Source: a bacterium
GTDB taxonomy: Bacteria; Bacteroidota; Ignavibacteria; UBA10030
DNA length: 64,000 nucleotides
Assembly: GCA_043803945.1 (NCBI GenBank)
Contig: JAZDJN010000016.1
Coordinates: 64,001 to 128,000 of the forward strand
Direction: 5' to 3'
Shown here: one piece after another, positions 30,342 to 40,718 of the stretch
How positions within the stretch are numbered: the first letter of the stretch is position 1
Layout of the letters: each line of letters opens with the position of its first letter
The notes under the pieces: model-generated
What the model was told of the DNA's origin: nothing
The model's database searches: none
Seen by the model: only the letters and a program-made list of their open reading frames with translations
Made by a program: the position numbers and the translations under genes

Positions 30342-31694
30342 ATGAAAGCAATCGCAGCCTTCATGTTCATGCTTCTTCCCCTAAGCCTGTACAGCCAATC
30401 ATCACCGATGACCGCTCAAGAAAAAGACCGGCTCGCAGAGGAGGTGAAACAAGAATTTCTACTTTGCTGGAATTCTTACAAGCAGTATGCATGGAGCCAT
30501 GACGGATTGAAGCCTGTCAGTAAATCGCCTTATGATTGGTACAGCGTTCCTCTCTACATGACTCCGGTAGATGCCCTCGACACAATGTTTCTGATGGGAT
30601 TGACTGAGGAGGCAAATGCAACTCGAGAATTCATCGCGACAAAACTATCATTCGACCAGGATATTTATGTAAAGAATTTTGAAATTACCATTCGCCTTCT
30701 TGGCGGATTACTGTCGAATTATCAGATGAGCGGTGACAAGCGGCTGTTGGCGCTCGCCGATGATTTGGGAACACGGCTACTTAAAGTTTTTGATACTCCG
30801 ACAGGGATGCCCTATGTGGACGTGAATCTAAGAACAGGTGCGGTTCGAAGAACTAATAGCAATCCGGCAGAGATCGGTACACTCTTGATTGAATTCGGAA
30901 CCCTCAGCAAACTCACCGGCAAGCCCGTGTATTATGAGAAAGCAAAGAATGCTCTGGTTCAGCTCTTCAATCGTCGTTCGGAGATTGGACTCGTAGGAGA
31001 ATGGATTGACGTTACCACTGGAAAATGGACGAACCCAAACAGCCATATCAGCGCATGCATCGATTCTTATTATGAGTATTTACTCAAGGCAGCTATCCTC
31101 TTCGATGATGCCGACTGCCGGAAGATGTGGGAGGCAAGCATTCAAGCATTGAACAAACACGTTGCCGATCAAACAACGACAGGATTATGGTACGGCCATG
31201 TCGATATGAAGACTGGAAAGCGGGTGAAGACACAGTACGGTGCACTGGACGCTTTTTTTCCCGCAGTGCTTGCACTCTCAGGCGATCTGGATCGCGCAAA
31301 ACAATTGCAGGAGTCATGCTATAAGATGTGGAAGAAAGAAGGAATTGAACCGGAAACTTTTAACTACTCTACAATGGAAGTTGCCTCTCCCCGATTCTTC
31401 CTTAATCCCGAGATTATCGAATCGGCATATTATCTCTATCACTACACAAACGATCCCCGATATCTTGAGATGGGAAAAGTCTTTTTTGAGGGTTTGAAGC
31501 AGTATTGCCGCACTGATGCGGGATACACTGAATTGAAAAGTGTGATTACCAAAGAAAAGGGAGATCGGATGGAGAGTTATTTTCTGGCAGAGACGTTGAA
31601 ATATCTTTATCTCCTGTTCGCACCTCCTGAAACACTTGATTTCAAGAATACGGTTTTTAACACAGAGGCTCATCCAATTCGAAGAAGCTGGTAA
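30342..31694 (+). CDS. GH47 alpha-1,2-mannosidase
   Basis: FEITIRLLGGLLS, AEIGTLLIEF, DSYYEYLLK, PEIIES, MESYFLAETLKYLYLLF, FNTEAHP. Confidence 0.93.
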   Translation: MKAIAAFMFMLLPLSLYSQSSPMTAQEKDRLAEEVKQEFLLCWNSYKQYAWSHDGLKPVSKSPYDWYSVPLYMTPVDALDTMFLMGLTEEANATREFIATKLSFDQDIYVKNFEITIRLLGGLLSNYQMSGDKRLLALADDLGTRLLKVFDTPTGMPYVDVNLRTGAVRRTNSNPAEIGTLLIEFGTLSKLTGKPVYYEKAKNALVQLFNRRSEIGLVGEWIDVTTGKWTNPNSHISACIDSYYEYLLKAAILFDDADCRKMWEASIQALNKHVADQTTTGLWYGHVDMKTGKRVKTQYGALDAFFPAVLALSGDLDRAKQLQESCYKMWKKEGIEPETFNYSTMEVASPRFFLNPEIIESAYYLYHYTNDPRYLEMGKVFFEGLKQYCRTDAGYTELKSVITKEKGDRMESYFLAETLKYLYLLFAPPETLDFKNTVFNTEAHPIRRSW

Positions 31695-31758
31695 GGTTGG
31701 AGATCCATCTTTCTTTTATGCTGCGAGTGAGTTCCACTCACGAGCATCTGCGGTAAAA

Positions 31759-32031
31759 GTCACTATATTTTTTTGAGATTCGGTTTTCTCCTCGCTATAG
31801 TATTTCAACATCATCATAGAAAGTCTGCGGTATTGCCTCTCTCATAAGGGGCTTTCCATTCATGGGTATGTGATAATGTTGAATCACGCTCATTACATCT
31901 TCTCGATGAAAGGAGATCTCTTCCTTTCATACGTGATGAGAGATTTTAATACACATACTTCAAGAGAAATCACGCATTTATTACAACTGGATCATAAGGA
32001 ATCACTCTTGAAGGAAGAAACGCTTCCATAA
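31759..32031 (+). pseudogene. REP-associated tyrosine transposase (RAYT/Y1) remnant
   Basis: YFNIIIESLRYC..KGLSIHGYVIMLNHAHYIFS...LSYVMRDFNTHTSREI, with HUH motif; in-frame stops at 31774 and 31798; adjacent REP-like hairpin. Confidence 0.75.
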
Positions 32032-32175
32032 CCTAAAATCACCGCGTTGTTCCGGTTTAGTGCGCTTAGATCGGTGGAGCCGCTCAACATTGAGGATAGC
32101 CCTCATGGTCTCTTCCATGGTGCAGTGATACCTCGGTGACACTCACATCGAATCTGTCAGGAATACCACACTTCG

Positions 32176-33435
32176 CTATCGGCGCTTGCGCTCCCGGTAG
32201 TCCCGGACGAGATCCATGAACATCTCCACGTCCTGACTCCAATCCTTCGCTTTCCCATCGAAGTACAACACCTTGATCGGGATGTTGTCGTGATCACGAC
32301 TGATTTTTAAATAGATGGCTTCGCATACAATCGCGTTCATGCACGTGAAAGGACTGATATCGATGATGCCATCTACGCCCTTCTCTTGAAGGTACACTGC
32401 TCTTCCTGTGTTGATCACCATCTCGCCCATGGTTGCATAAGAGGGAAGGTATTGGAGGGATCGGCGGAAGATTTCGTTAATGTCCGCTGGCTCTTCATAC
32501 CCTCGAAAATCTTCTCTGAACTGGGCCATCAGCGCGCGCTCGTTCCAGCGCTGTATCAACCGGCGCAACTCGAATGCTCCTCTGGCCAATGAGAATGACC
32601 GACCGCTTGCACGGAGATTCAGCGCGACTTCCTCGTTTGTGTACTCTACCCACTCGATGACTCCTGAAAGCCAGACTTCTCCTCCGTAATCTTCTATGTG
32701 ACGAATGATCTCGTTGTTCGATCCCTCGTCGAGCCGGCAGTAGATTTCCCCCACGCCTCCGATGAGTGGCTTGCTCCCTGGGTCATGGATCGAAATGTTA
32801 TGGAATGCGTTACGCACCTCTCTAAGCGACAAGATCAGTCCATGCAGTCGGTCCCGGTGAGTAACGCCGGAACGAGCCAGAGCTCCGGAGGCTCTGTCGA
32901 GAGCATCAGCGTAGACGGCATCGGTTTCTCCGCGGGTGCACTCATATGGACGGGTCTTCAACAGGAGCTTGAGGAGTATATCCCCGACAACAGTTGCACG
33001 CCACGCGGTGCGGAGGAATTCGCTGCCGTACATCCCGAACGCACTGTACCCGTCGCTCGACGATGGCGAAAGGATCATGATGTCGCCATAGCCTAGCTTC
33101 CCGAAAACTTTTCGGAAGAATGGCGCATACTGTCCGAAGCGACATGGTCCGTGCGTGGTGGGCATCAAGAATGCCGTTCTGCGGGTATCAAATCCAGGCT
33201 GACTCACAACCTTTAGCATTCCGGCAAGAGTGACACGCTGCGGCAGGCATTCATCACCTGAGGTATAGGCGCTTGCCATCCTCAGTGCATCCGGCGTGCA
33301 TTCGGGCAGCACCTCGGCTTCAATGTTCATGGAACGGAATGCGGCTGCCATCATCCGCGCACACCCGTGGTTCATGCGCGGAATGTACACAGTCCGTTCT
33401 GCCAACGGCCGAGTGATCACCGACAATCCAGTCAC
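32176..33435 (-). CDS. Partner subunit of the acyl-CoA dehydratase activase (2-hydroxyacyl-CoA dehydratase-related)
   Basis: SGDECLP, GPCRFGQY, VGEIYCR, ISPFTCM; overlaps the activase gene. Confidence 0.8.
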   Translation of the reverse strand: MTGLSVITRPLAERTVYIPRMNHGCARMMAAAFRSMNIEAEVLPECTPDALRMASAYTSGDECLPQRVTLAGMLKVVSQPGFDTRRTAFLMPTTHGPCRFGQYAPFFRKVFGKLGYGDIMILSPSSSDGYSAFGMYGSEFLRTAWRATVVGDILLKLLLKTRPYECTRGETDAVYADALDRASGALARSGVTHRDRLHGLILSLREVRNAFHNISIHDPGSKPLIGGVGEIYCRLDEGSNNEIIRHIEDYGGEVWLSGVIEWVEYTNEEVALNLRASGRSFSLARGAFELRRLIQRWNERALMAQFREDFRGYEEPADINEIFRRSLQYLPSYATMGEMVINTGRAVYLQEKGVDGIIDISPFTCMNAIVCEAIYLKISRDHDNIPIKVLYFDGKAKDWSQDVEMFMDLVRDYRERKRR

Positions 33436-36400
33436 GTAAGGAATCCTTTCGAATGCAAATACGCCTCACAGCGGGTGATCATTCCAGCATCGTTGCTGTG
33501 TCCGTCGAACTGAAGCGTCAAGAACGGTCTCCCGGACGCCTCTGCCACGTAGTGCTTCACGTAGGAATCGGGCCCGCACTTGAAATTCGTGGTATAGATG
33601 ATATGAGCGCGGGGAAACTGCTTGAGCGCGAGAGCTGCCTGCAGGATCTGTTTGCCACAATGCCAGTACATATTCTCGTGGACCGTGCGGACATCAAATT
33701 GTTCCAGATCGAAGAAGTCAAACGGTACAACGTTAATCCCATAGTAGTCGCGCAACTTCCCCGCAAGGTTGAGGTTCACGGCTCGATCGTAGATATTATA
33801 CGCCCGGCCAACAATCACGATGGCGCGCTCATTCATTCCTCGCAGAGCATCCAGCACCTCGGCACCTTTCGAACCGAGTGTTGCCCAGAAACGTCGTTGG
33901 GCCTCGAAAGCACACTCTGTTGCGCGATTGCTTTCAGCCCTCGATACTTCGAGCGTGCGAGCAAACGAAGCAAGCTCTTTTTTCACTCCCTTTGTACCCC
34001 GACTAAAATGGAGCGTCGGTATGAGAAACCGGTCGCGCGCTCCTTCGAAGGATGCCTGACAGCGGGTTACAAACGGAAGCGTCATGGTCCAGGGGCATGC
34101 GTACGGCGTGAGCGACGAATTGTCCATTTCCGCATCGATGATGTTCGGCAGCAGTACGTGCTCCACATTTTTGCGAAGAAGATTCAGAATGTGTCCGTTC
34201 GCAAGCTTAATCGGGAAACAGGGTTCAACAACTGTGGCTTCCACACCTGCATCCACGACCTCACGATTTGAAGGATCAGAAAGAACAACCTCAAAACCAA
34301 GCTCAGTCAGATATGCATTGAAGAATGGGAATTGGGTGTAAAACATGAGAGCACGGGGGATTCCAATCCGTGGCTTTAGTCCGTTACGCTTTGGACTATA
34401 AGTCTCAAAAAGAAGCTTCTCGCGGAATGCCAAGAGGTCAGGAATGGCAGCTTTTCGCACCACCTTCGTACTCTTGCGAAACTTGTCCGAACACTTGTCC
34501 CCCCAGTAAGTCTTCTCGTTTCCGACTCGCACCTGCTGGATCTCACAGTAGTTAGAGCACGCTTTGCATGTGAATTGATGGGTTGAGGAGCTTGTGAGGT
34601 CGAGGCGGAAACCCCGGAAGGAGGTTGAGGAGTGCATTGGAGAGCGCGGCTGTTTCTCGGCTTTCACTTTTTCGCGGGCCAGGATAGCCATGCCAATGGC
34701 CCCCAATACACCGTTGTGAGGCGGAACGATGATGCGCTTCTTTAGAAGCATGGCGAACGCGGCTGCAACCGCATCATTGTATGCTGTGCCCCCCTGGAAG
34801 TAGGTCACGCCACCGATTTTCCGGCCACCGACAACACGGTTGAGATAGTTCAGAGCAATCGAATACGCCAGGCCCGCAACAATATCTATCTTCTCGGTCC
34901 CTTGGTGAATGTGTGTATTGATGTCACTCTCGATGAAGACCGTGCATCGTTCACCGAACTGAACAGGTGCAGTTGATGCAAACGCCAGTGCAGAGAATTC
35001 CTTCACGATGTTGATGCCAAGTCGCTCGGCCTGTTCTTCGAGAAATGAGCCTGTCCCAGCCGCACAAACCTCGTTCATGGCGAAGTCCACCACTACACCA
35101 TCCTCGATGCTGATGAATTTCGAGTCTTGCCCGCCAATCTCGAAGATTGTATCGACCTTCTGCTCCTGCAAGCGCCTGCTGATGTAGAGCGCTCCGGTCT
35201 TATGTGCTGTAATCTCATCGTTGATCGTGTCCGCCCCAACGAGTGCTCCGATCAACTCACGTCCAGATCCTGTTGTTCCAACCGCACAAACTCGTATGCG
35301 GGATCCAAGTTCCTCTTCAATGTCTCGAAGTCCTCGGTTCACAACTTCAATCGGTCTTCCCTCTGTCCGAACGTAGATCTCTTTAATGAGGTTGTCGTCA
35401 TCATCGATAAGGACGAGGTTTGTGCTCACTGACCCTACGTCGATTCCAAGGTACACATCAACGGGTAAGATCTTACCTTCAAAGGAATAGGGGACGACGC
35501 GATCTCGCAGAAACAAGACATTATCGGTCGAGAGAGTGGGCAGTCGGCCAGCGTTCACAGACTTCGCTCTGTTCAAAGTGTATGGTCTGCCTCGGCCAGC
35601 GATGACATGCTTTTCTGGACCGTGTTCGGAACTGTGAGTCGCCTGCCGATTTCGTTCGATGAGCGCGCAACCGATTGCACCCATAGCTGCCGGGAACGGA
35701 GGAATGATGAGCGATTCACCATCAAGCTCGAAGACCTTCCTGAGAGCTCCAACGACACCCTTGTTCAAGGCCAAACCGCCAGCGAAGAGAACCTTTGGCA
35801 GGATCTGCTTGCCTCTGCAAACACTGCTCTTGAAATTGCGCACGACAGCTTCACAGAGGCCCCGCAGAATCGCCGGTGGGCTGTACCCCTTCTGCTGCGC
35901 GTGGACCATATCGGTCTTGGCAAAGACTGAACATCGGCCCGCAATCAGTGCTGCCTTTTCGGCCTGGAGCGCCACCTCGCCCACCTGTTCAAGCGAGTAT
36001 TTCAATCTCGTCGCCTGTTGCTCGATGAATGCACCCGTTCCAGCAGCACAGTCGCCGTTCTTCTCATAGTCAAGAATCCGAACAATCTGTTGGCTCTTGG
36101 CTTCGATTCTCGCATATCGCGCCGTCTCCCCGCCAAGCTCAAGGACAGTCTGCACTTCGGGGTAGAGTGTACCGGCTGCTTGGGCAATTGCTCTGAAGCT
36201 GTTCTCAAATGGGGCGCCTAGGAGTGTGCTCAGTGCGTTTCCTCCGCTTCCTGTGACGCACAGGCCGACGATTTCTAGATGCTCAAACGTGGTACGGAAA
36301 TCGTCAAGGAGCGTGCGCGCAGTCTCTATAGGCTCACCTCGTGTGCAGAAGCTGCGCGAAAGCAACAGCGGATGACCACCAGCCTGGGCGAAGAAGAAAG

Positions 36401-36518
36401 TGCTCGCGGCCTTGCCGGATATTGAACCGGCAACCAATGGATCGTCCATCGTTCCGCAGGCAGCAAGTTTCACTGCCACCGATCCGACATCAATACCAAT
36501 ACATATCTTCACGATCAC
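33432..36518 (-). CDS. Acyl-CoA dehydratase activase (two BcrAD-type ATPase/Fe-S domains + DUF2229-like)
   Basis: GIDVGSV twice, CAAGTG twice, GRCSVF/ERCTVF, CKACSNYC, EPCFP, FKCGPD. Confidence 0.88.
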   Translation of the reverse strand: MIVKICIGIDVGSVAVKLAACGTMDDPLVAGSISGKAASTFFFAQAGGHPLLLSRSFCTRGEPIETARTLLDDFRTTFEHLEIVGLCVTGSGGNALSTLLGAPFENSFRAIAQAAGTLYPEVQTVLELGGETARYARIEAKSQQIVRILDYEKNGDCAAGTGAFIEQQATRLKYSLEQVGEVALQAEKAALIAGRCSVFAKTDMVHAQQKGYSPPAILRGLCEAVVRNFKSSVCRGKQILPKVLFAGGLALNKGVVGALRKVFELDGESLIIPPFPAAMGAIGCALIERNRQATHSSEHGPEKHVIAGRGRPYTLNRAKSVNAGRLPTLSTDNVLFLRDRVVPYSFEGKILPVDVYLGIDVGSVSTNLVLIDDDDNLIKEIYVRTEGRPIEVVNRGLRDIEEELGSRIRVCAVGTTGSGRELIGALVGADTINDEITAHKTGALYISRRLQEQKVDTIFEIGGQDSKFISIEDGVVVDFAMNEVCAAGTGSFLEEQAERLGINIVKEFSALAFASTAPVQFGERCTVFIESDINTHIHQGTEKIDIVAGLAYSIALNYLNRVVGGRKIGGVTYFQGGTAYNDAVAAAFAMLLKKRIIVPPHNGVLGAIGMAILAREKVKAEKQPRSPMHSSTSFRGFRLDLTSSSTHQFTCKACSNYCEIQQVRVGNEKTYWGDKCSDKFRKSTKVVRKAAIPDLLAFREKLLFETYSPKRNGLKPRIGIPRALMFYTQFPFFNAYLTELGFEVVLSDPSNREVVDAGVEATVVEPCFPIKLANGHILNLLRKNVEHVLLPNIIDAEMDNSSLTPYACPWTMTLPFVTRCQASFEGARDRFLIPTLHFSRGTKGVKKELASFARTLEVSRAESNRATECAFEAQRRFWATLGSKGAEVLDALRGMNERAIVIVGRAYNIYDRAVNLNLAGKLRDYYGINVVPFDFFDLEQFDVRTVHENMYWHCGKQILQAALALKQFPRAHIIYTTNFKCGPDSYVKHYVAEASGRPFLTLQFDGHSNDAGMITRCEAYLHSKGFLT

Positions 36519-36656
36519 TCCTGCTCGAATTACAGCGACTCGATGATTCTATAGTGGGATATCGTCTGCACTATCATACTTCACGCCTCCGCTAGGAAGA
36601 TGTTGGATCCTCAAATTCCAACTGCTCATAAAAAGCGTTCGCAGGGAATTTTGGGA

Positions 36657-36716
36657 CATCTCGCCACTCCCAAGCTTTTCAAGGATTTCATAATAAGAGA
36701 TTATCTGACCAATCAT
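36657..36716 (-). pseudogene. N-terminal remnant of a Ser/Thr protein kinase
   Basis: ggaggg RBS then MIGQIISYYEILEKLGSGEM, like MIG.TISHY.ILEKLG.GGMG; similarity then stops. Confidence 0.65.
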
Positions 36717-36795
36717 ATCATTCCCTCCGCTTTTCCCTTTCCCATCGATTTGACTTGAGCCGATAGATCAGAATTCTTCCATTGTCACTTCTCCA

Positions 36796-38241
36796 TCAGA
36801 AGTTCGGCCCAATTTCTTTTTCGAAGGCCTCTGTCAAGGTCGCTCCCCAATTCTCCAGGGCTTCGAGCTTGCCGAAGAAAAATCTTAGAACGGGCGGTTC
36901 TTCGATAAATTTCAATCCCTTTACTTTCTCTCGATGACCATACAACCATTTCAACCGATCAACGGCATACTCGATTTGCGACATCGTATACACCCTTCGG
37001 GGAATGGCAAGCCGTGCCAACTCGAGGTCTGCATAGACTTCGTTTCCATATTTATCGCGATCAGTAGAAATTGTGCCTCGTTCCATACTTCTTACCCCCG
37101 AAGCGATGTAAATGGCAGCCGCTAATGCACCTGCCGGGTACTGTGCTTGCGGAATGTGAGGCAGAAAGAGCTTCGCATCGAGGTGACATGCCAATCCCCC
37201 GGGGGGCGTAACAACAGGGATTCCATTTTCGATCAATCGCTCAGCAAAATATTTGACGAATTCTGCTGCGCTTCCCGCCACATTGAGATCGGTCATCTCC
37301 CGGAGGCCCACAGCCATCGCTTCGATTTCTTTTATGGACATTCCGCCGTACGTTAAAAATCCCTCATAGAGGGGAAGCCAAGGCTTAATATCCTCAAAAA
37401 CTTTCTTGTTGTTCGTGGCAATAAAGCCGCCGCGCACGCAAGTGCTCTTTCTCCCAGAGAGGTAGAATATATCTACACAATTCATTAATTCAGTGATGAT
37501 CTCCTGAATGCTTTTATGTTCATACCCTTCTTCCCGTTGCTTGATGAAATACGCGTTTTCTGAAATCAGGCTTCCATCAAAGACTAGCGGAATACAATAG
37601 TCAGATGCGATCTTCTTTACATCCTTCAAATTCTGTAACGAGAATGGCTGACCACCTAAAAGATTTGTCGTTGCCTCCATTCTGATGAAGGGAATTTTCT
37701 CTTTCCCATACTTCGCGATGACATCTTTGAATTTCTGGAGATCGAGATTCCCTTTGAATGGATTGGTGCTCTGCGTATTCAGAGCTTCATCGGTGAAAAT
37801 TTCCAATACCGTACCGCCTGCCATCTCAAAATGCGCTCGTGTCGTGGTGAAATGATAATTCATCGGGATCACATCACCCGGTTTCACAAACACTTTTGCC
37901 AGAAGATGTTCCGCTGCCCTGCCCTGATGGACCGGTAGAACGTACTGGAAGCCGAGCACATCCTTGATTGCATCGGCAAGCTTATAGAAACTCTCGCAGC
38001 CAGCATAGGCATCATCAGCGACCATCATGGCAGCGAGTTGATTATCACTCATCGCGTTGGTGCCACTATCAGTCAACATATCAAGAAAGATGTATTTTGT
38101 TCGTAGTGAGAAGGTATTATACCCTCCTTCTTCGATGACACGCAATCGTTCGCGTACGGGAACGAGGTACGTTTTCTGCACAATCCGCACTTTGTGATTC
38201 TCAACCGGGATTGTCTTTCCGTTTGATAAGAGTACGTTCAT
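36796..38241 (-). CDS. Tryptophanase/tyrosine phenol-lyase family beta-eliminating lyase
   Basis: DMLTDSGTNAMS, HQGRAAE, GGQPFS, EGFLTYGGM, ELARLAIPRRVYT, LRFF; the PLP-lysine motif reads SGRKS. Confidence 0.9.
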   Translation of the reverse strand: MNVLLSNGKTIPVENHKVRIVQKTYLVPVRERLRVIEEGGYNTFSLRTKYIFLDMLTDSGTNAMSDNQLAAMMVADDAYAGCESFYKLADAIKDVLGFQYVLPVHQGRAAEHLLAKVFVKPGDVIPMNYHFTTTRAHFEMAGGTVLEIFTDEALNTQSTNPFKGNLDLQKFKDVIAKYGKEKIPFIRMEATTNLLGGQPFSLQNLKDVKKIASDYCIPLVFDGSLISENAYFIKQREEGYEHKSIQEIITELMNCVDIFYLSGRKSTCVRGGFIATNNKKVFEDIKPWLPLYEGFLTYGGMSIKEIEAMAVGLREMTDLNVAGSAAEFVKYFAERLIENGIPVVTPPGGLACHLDAKLFLPHIPQAQYPAGALAAAIYIASGVRSMERGTISTDRDKYGNEVYADLELARLAIPRRVYTMSQIEYAVDRLKWLYGHREKVKGLKFIEEPPVLRFFFGKLEALENWGATLTEAFEKEIGPNF

Positions 38242-38487
38242 AGATCGATCCTTCTCAAGATGAATTGTGTATAGATTCCTTTTAAGAAAATGATACGAAG
38301 GGGATCAAAGATCCCATCGGGAGTACTCTAGAAACTTAAACGAAAGCCTCACCACAAAGGGCACAGAGGACGCAAAGGACAGAGAGAGAATAGACTAACA
38401 AAAAATCAAAAAAATCCACCGTTCTTCCTTTGCTTGCCCGCTGCTTGCCTGCGGACTGCCATGACAGGCGGGTGGCCTTTGCGAACT

Positions 38488-38622
38488 TTAATAATCGATC
38501 CATTTGACTTTCGGACATTCGGCCTTTACTTCATTGAACCATTTTCTCCCAATGGTTTCGTGCTTGTGAAGATTTCCAAGTCCATTGGATGAAAGTTTCG
38601 TAAGTATGATATACGTCGGCAT
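38488..38622 (-). pseudogene. Truncated GYD-domain-like protein
   Basis: gaggagg RBS; MPTYIILTKLS...VKAECPKVKWIDY* ends where a palindromic repeat begins. Confidence 0.55.
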
Positions 38623-38669
38623 CGCGCTCCTCCTCTTGATTGTAAATGATGACCATGATCCTTGAAACC

Positions 38670-39959
38670 TCAGACTCCTAACACACTTTCATAGCCGTGT
38701 AAATCGAGAAAACCATGTCCACTGATGTTGAACGCGATCACCTTCTGCTGGCCGCTCTCCCTGCACTTGAGAGCCTCATCGATGGCACAACAGACAGCGT
38801 ATGCCGACTCAGGTGCCGGGAGCCATCCTTCAGCCTCGATAAAGAGTTTTGCGTTTTCGAACACATGCTTTTCATCCGCCGGAAAAGCTACGGTATCAAT
38901 GATCGCTTTATGACGGAGAAAGCTTATGATGGGTGAACAGCCATGATAACGCAGTCCATCACCTTTGATAGGTGACATCGCAGTACGATGTCCCAACGTA
39001 TACATCTTCAGCATGGGTGTAATCTCAGCGTAATCGGCAAAGTCGTACTCATACGTACCCTGCAGATTAGGAGCTACCTGGCTTTGGGCTGCGATGAACT
39101 GGATCTTCTTTCCCTTTGTTAGTACATCGCCAACGAACGGTAAAGCAAATCCACCGAAATTCGATCCCCCTCCAAGACAGGCGATAACCACGTCAGGATA
39201 ATCATCGAAGATTTCAAACTGCTTCTGTGTTTCCAGACCAATAATGGTTTGATGCATCAAGACATGATTCAGAACTGAGCCGAGAGCATAGGTCGCCTTT
39301 GGATCTTTTTGCGAGTCTTCAAGACCCTCAGAGATTGCGATGCCCAGTGAGCCGACATGGTTCGGATCGAGCTGGTAGAGCGATCTGCCAAATTCTGTTG
39401 CGGGACTTGGAGAAGCATGAACGTCTGCTCCGAGGAGTTTCATGAAGTACAATCGATCTTTTTTCCAATTGTAGACACTGCGCACCCAAAAGACTGTGCA
39501 CTTTAATCCGGTAACTGCAGACGCGTAGGCAAGTGCAGTACCCCATTGACCCGCACCCGTTTCAGTAGTGACTCTCTCGAATCCCTGTTCTTTCGCGTAC
39601 CAGCATTGAGCAAGTGCGGTATTCACCTTATGGCTGCCGGTAGGACTAAAGAACTCTCCTTTGTAATACAGGCGAGCTGGTGTATCGAGTCGTTTTTCGA
39701 GATTGGTGGCACGGAAGAGCGGCCGCGGCCGGCCTGCCTTAAAATAGAGATCGAGAATACCCCCTGGGATATCGATCCAATGCTCGTTCGAGAATTCTTG
39801 CTTCAGGCATTCACCAATCATCAGGTTGGGCAGATTCTGTATGCGTGAAGGACCCTCTGCAGGATCTTTCGGTGGGGGCAATGGTTCTGGTAAATCGGGA
39901 ATGATATTATACCATTGAGTAGGTAATTGATCTTCTGTTAGGATCGAAATGTTCTTCAT
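38670..39959 (-). CDS. TrpB2-type (TrpB-like) PLP enzyme
   Basis: LPTQWYNI, SPTGSHKVNTA, TETGAGQWG, GSLGIAISE, GSVLNHV, GGGSNFGG, PAPES, FNISGHG. Confidence 0.92.
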   Translation of the reverse strand: MKNISILTEDQLPTQWYNIIPDLPEPLPPPKDPAEGPSRIQNLPNLMIGECLKQEFSNEHWIDIPGGILDLYFKAGRPRPLFRATNLEKRLDTPARLYYKGEFFSPTGSHKVNTALAQCWYAKEQGFERVTTETGAGQWGTALAYASAVTGLKCTVFWVRSVYNWKKDRLYFMKLLGADVHASPSPATEFGRSLYQLDPNHVGSLGIAISEGLEDSQKDPKATYALGSVLNHVLMHQTIIGLETQKQFEIFDDYPDVVIACLGGGSNFGGFALPFVGDVLTKGKKIQFIAAQSQVAPNLQGTYEYDFADYAEITPMLKMYTLGHRTAMSPIKGDGLRYHGCSPIISFLRHKAIIDTVAFPADEKHVFENAKLFIEAEGWLPAPESAYAVCCAIDEALKCRESGQQKVIAFNISGHGFLDLHGYESVLGV

Positions 39960-40102
39960 AGTATGATCCCTTCTGAATGCTTGGATAAAGTTGATCATGG
40001 GTCACTCTAGTTCGACTACCCAATTTGAAAGGGCAGAGTACACCCTCGTGTTCTTCTCATCACTCGCTGTCCGTCAGGTTCCGATCGCCTGGATACTTGC
40101 GT

Positions 40103-40507
40103 TTACTTCGCTCGGAGGACCTGAGCGGTTTTATCAATATCTGCCTGAGCAACCCAAAGAAATGTTCCGAAACGCCCACCAACTGCGACAGCTTCAATGG
40201 CAGCGATGTTGACACCAGCTTTGGCGATGGCATCCAGGCTTGCGACGAGCGCTCCAGTTTTATCTTTACCGCTGAAGAAAAATACAGTGCCTTCTTCAGC
40301 AAGTGTGCCGGAGGCTTTCCAGATGTTTCTCAGTTTATCAGGATTTTTCGGAACGACTAAGACCCCTCCTTCTCCCGCCTGGCTGAAACCCCTAAGCCCA
40401 ACGAGGCTTTGTTTTTTTTCCATCAAGTCTTTTACGAGAGCGAGCAAGGCCCCGGGCTTGTCCTCAATTTTCGCTTTGAAGTACGTAACGCGTTTTGCTT
40501 TTGGCAT
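40103..40507 (-). CDS. Tandem ACT-domain protein
   Basis: EDKPGALL and KDKTGAL...AGVNI; aaggag RBS. Confidence 0.75.
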   Translation of the reverse strand: MPKAKRVTYFKAKIEDKPGALLALVKDLMEKKQSLVGLRGFSQAGEGGVLVVPKNPDKLRNIWKASGTLAEEGTVFFFSGKDKTGALVASLDAIAKAGVNIAAIEAVAVGGRFGTFLWVAQADIDKTAQVLRAK

Positions 40508-40718
40508 GGCATTCTCCTTTTGTATTGTCGGTTACCTAATTACTATTTTGTTACGAATAAATGAACTGTATCATCTCGCCCACCATAGATTTTCCCTCTC
40601 CACTTATTGCTCATCAACCTCCAACTCTCATTGTTCTTTCTTCGCCTTTTTTCTTCTCCTTTCTCCTATTCACCATTCTCTCTCCCACACTCAGGCACTC
40701 TCACACTCCCGCTTCACC

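Noticed and set aside
33453-34271. 272-aa plus-strand ORF
   Set aside because: Antisense shadow of the activase gene.
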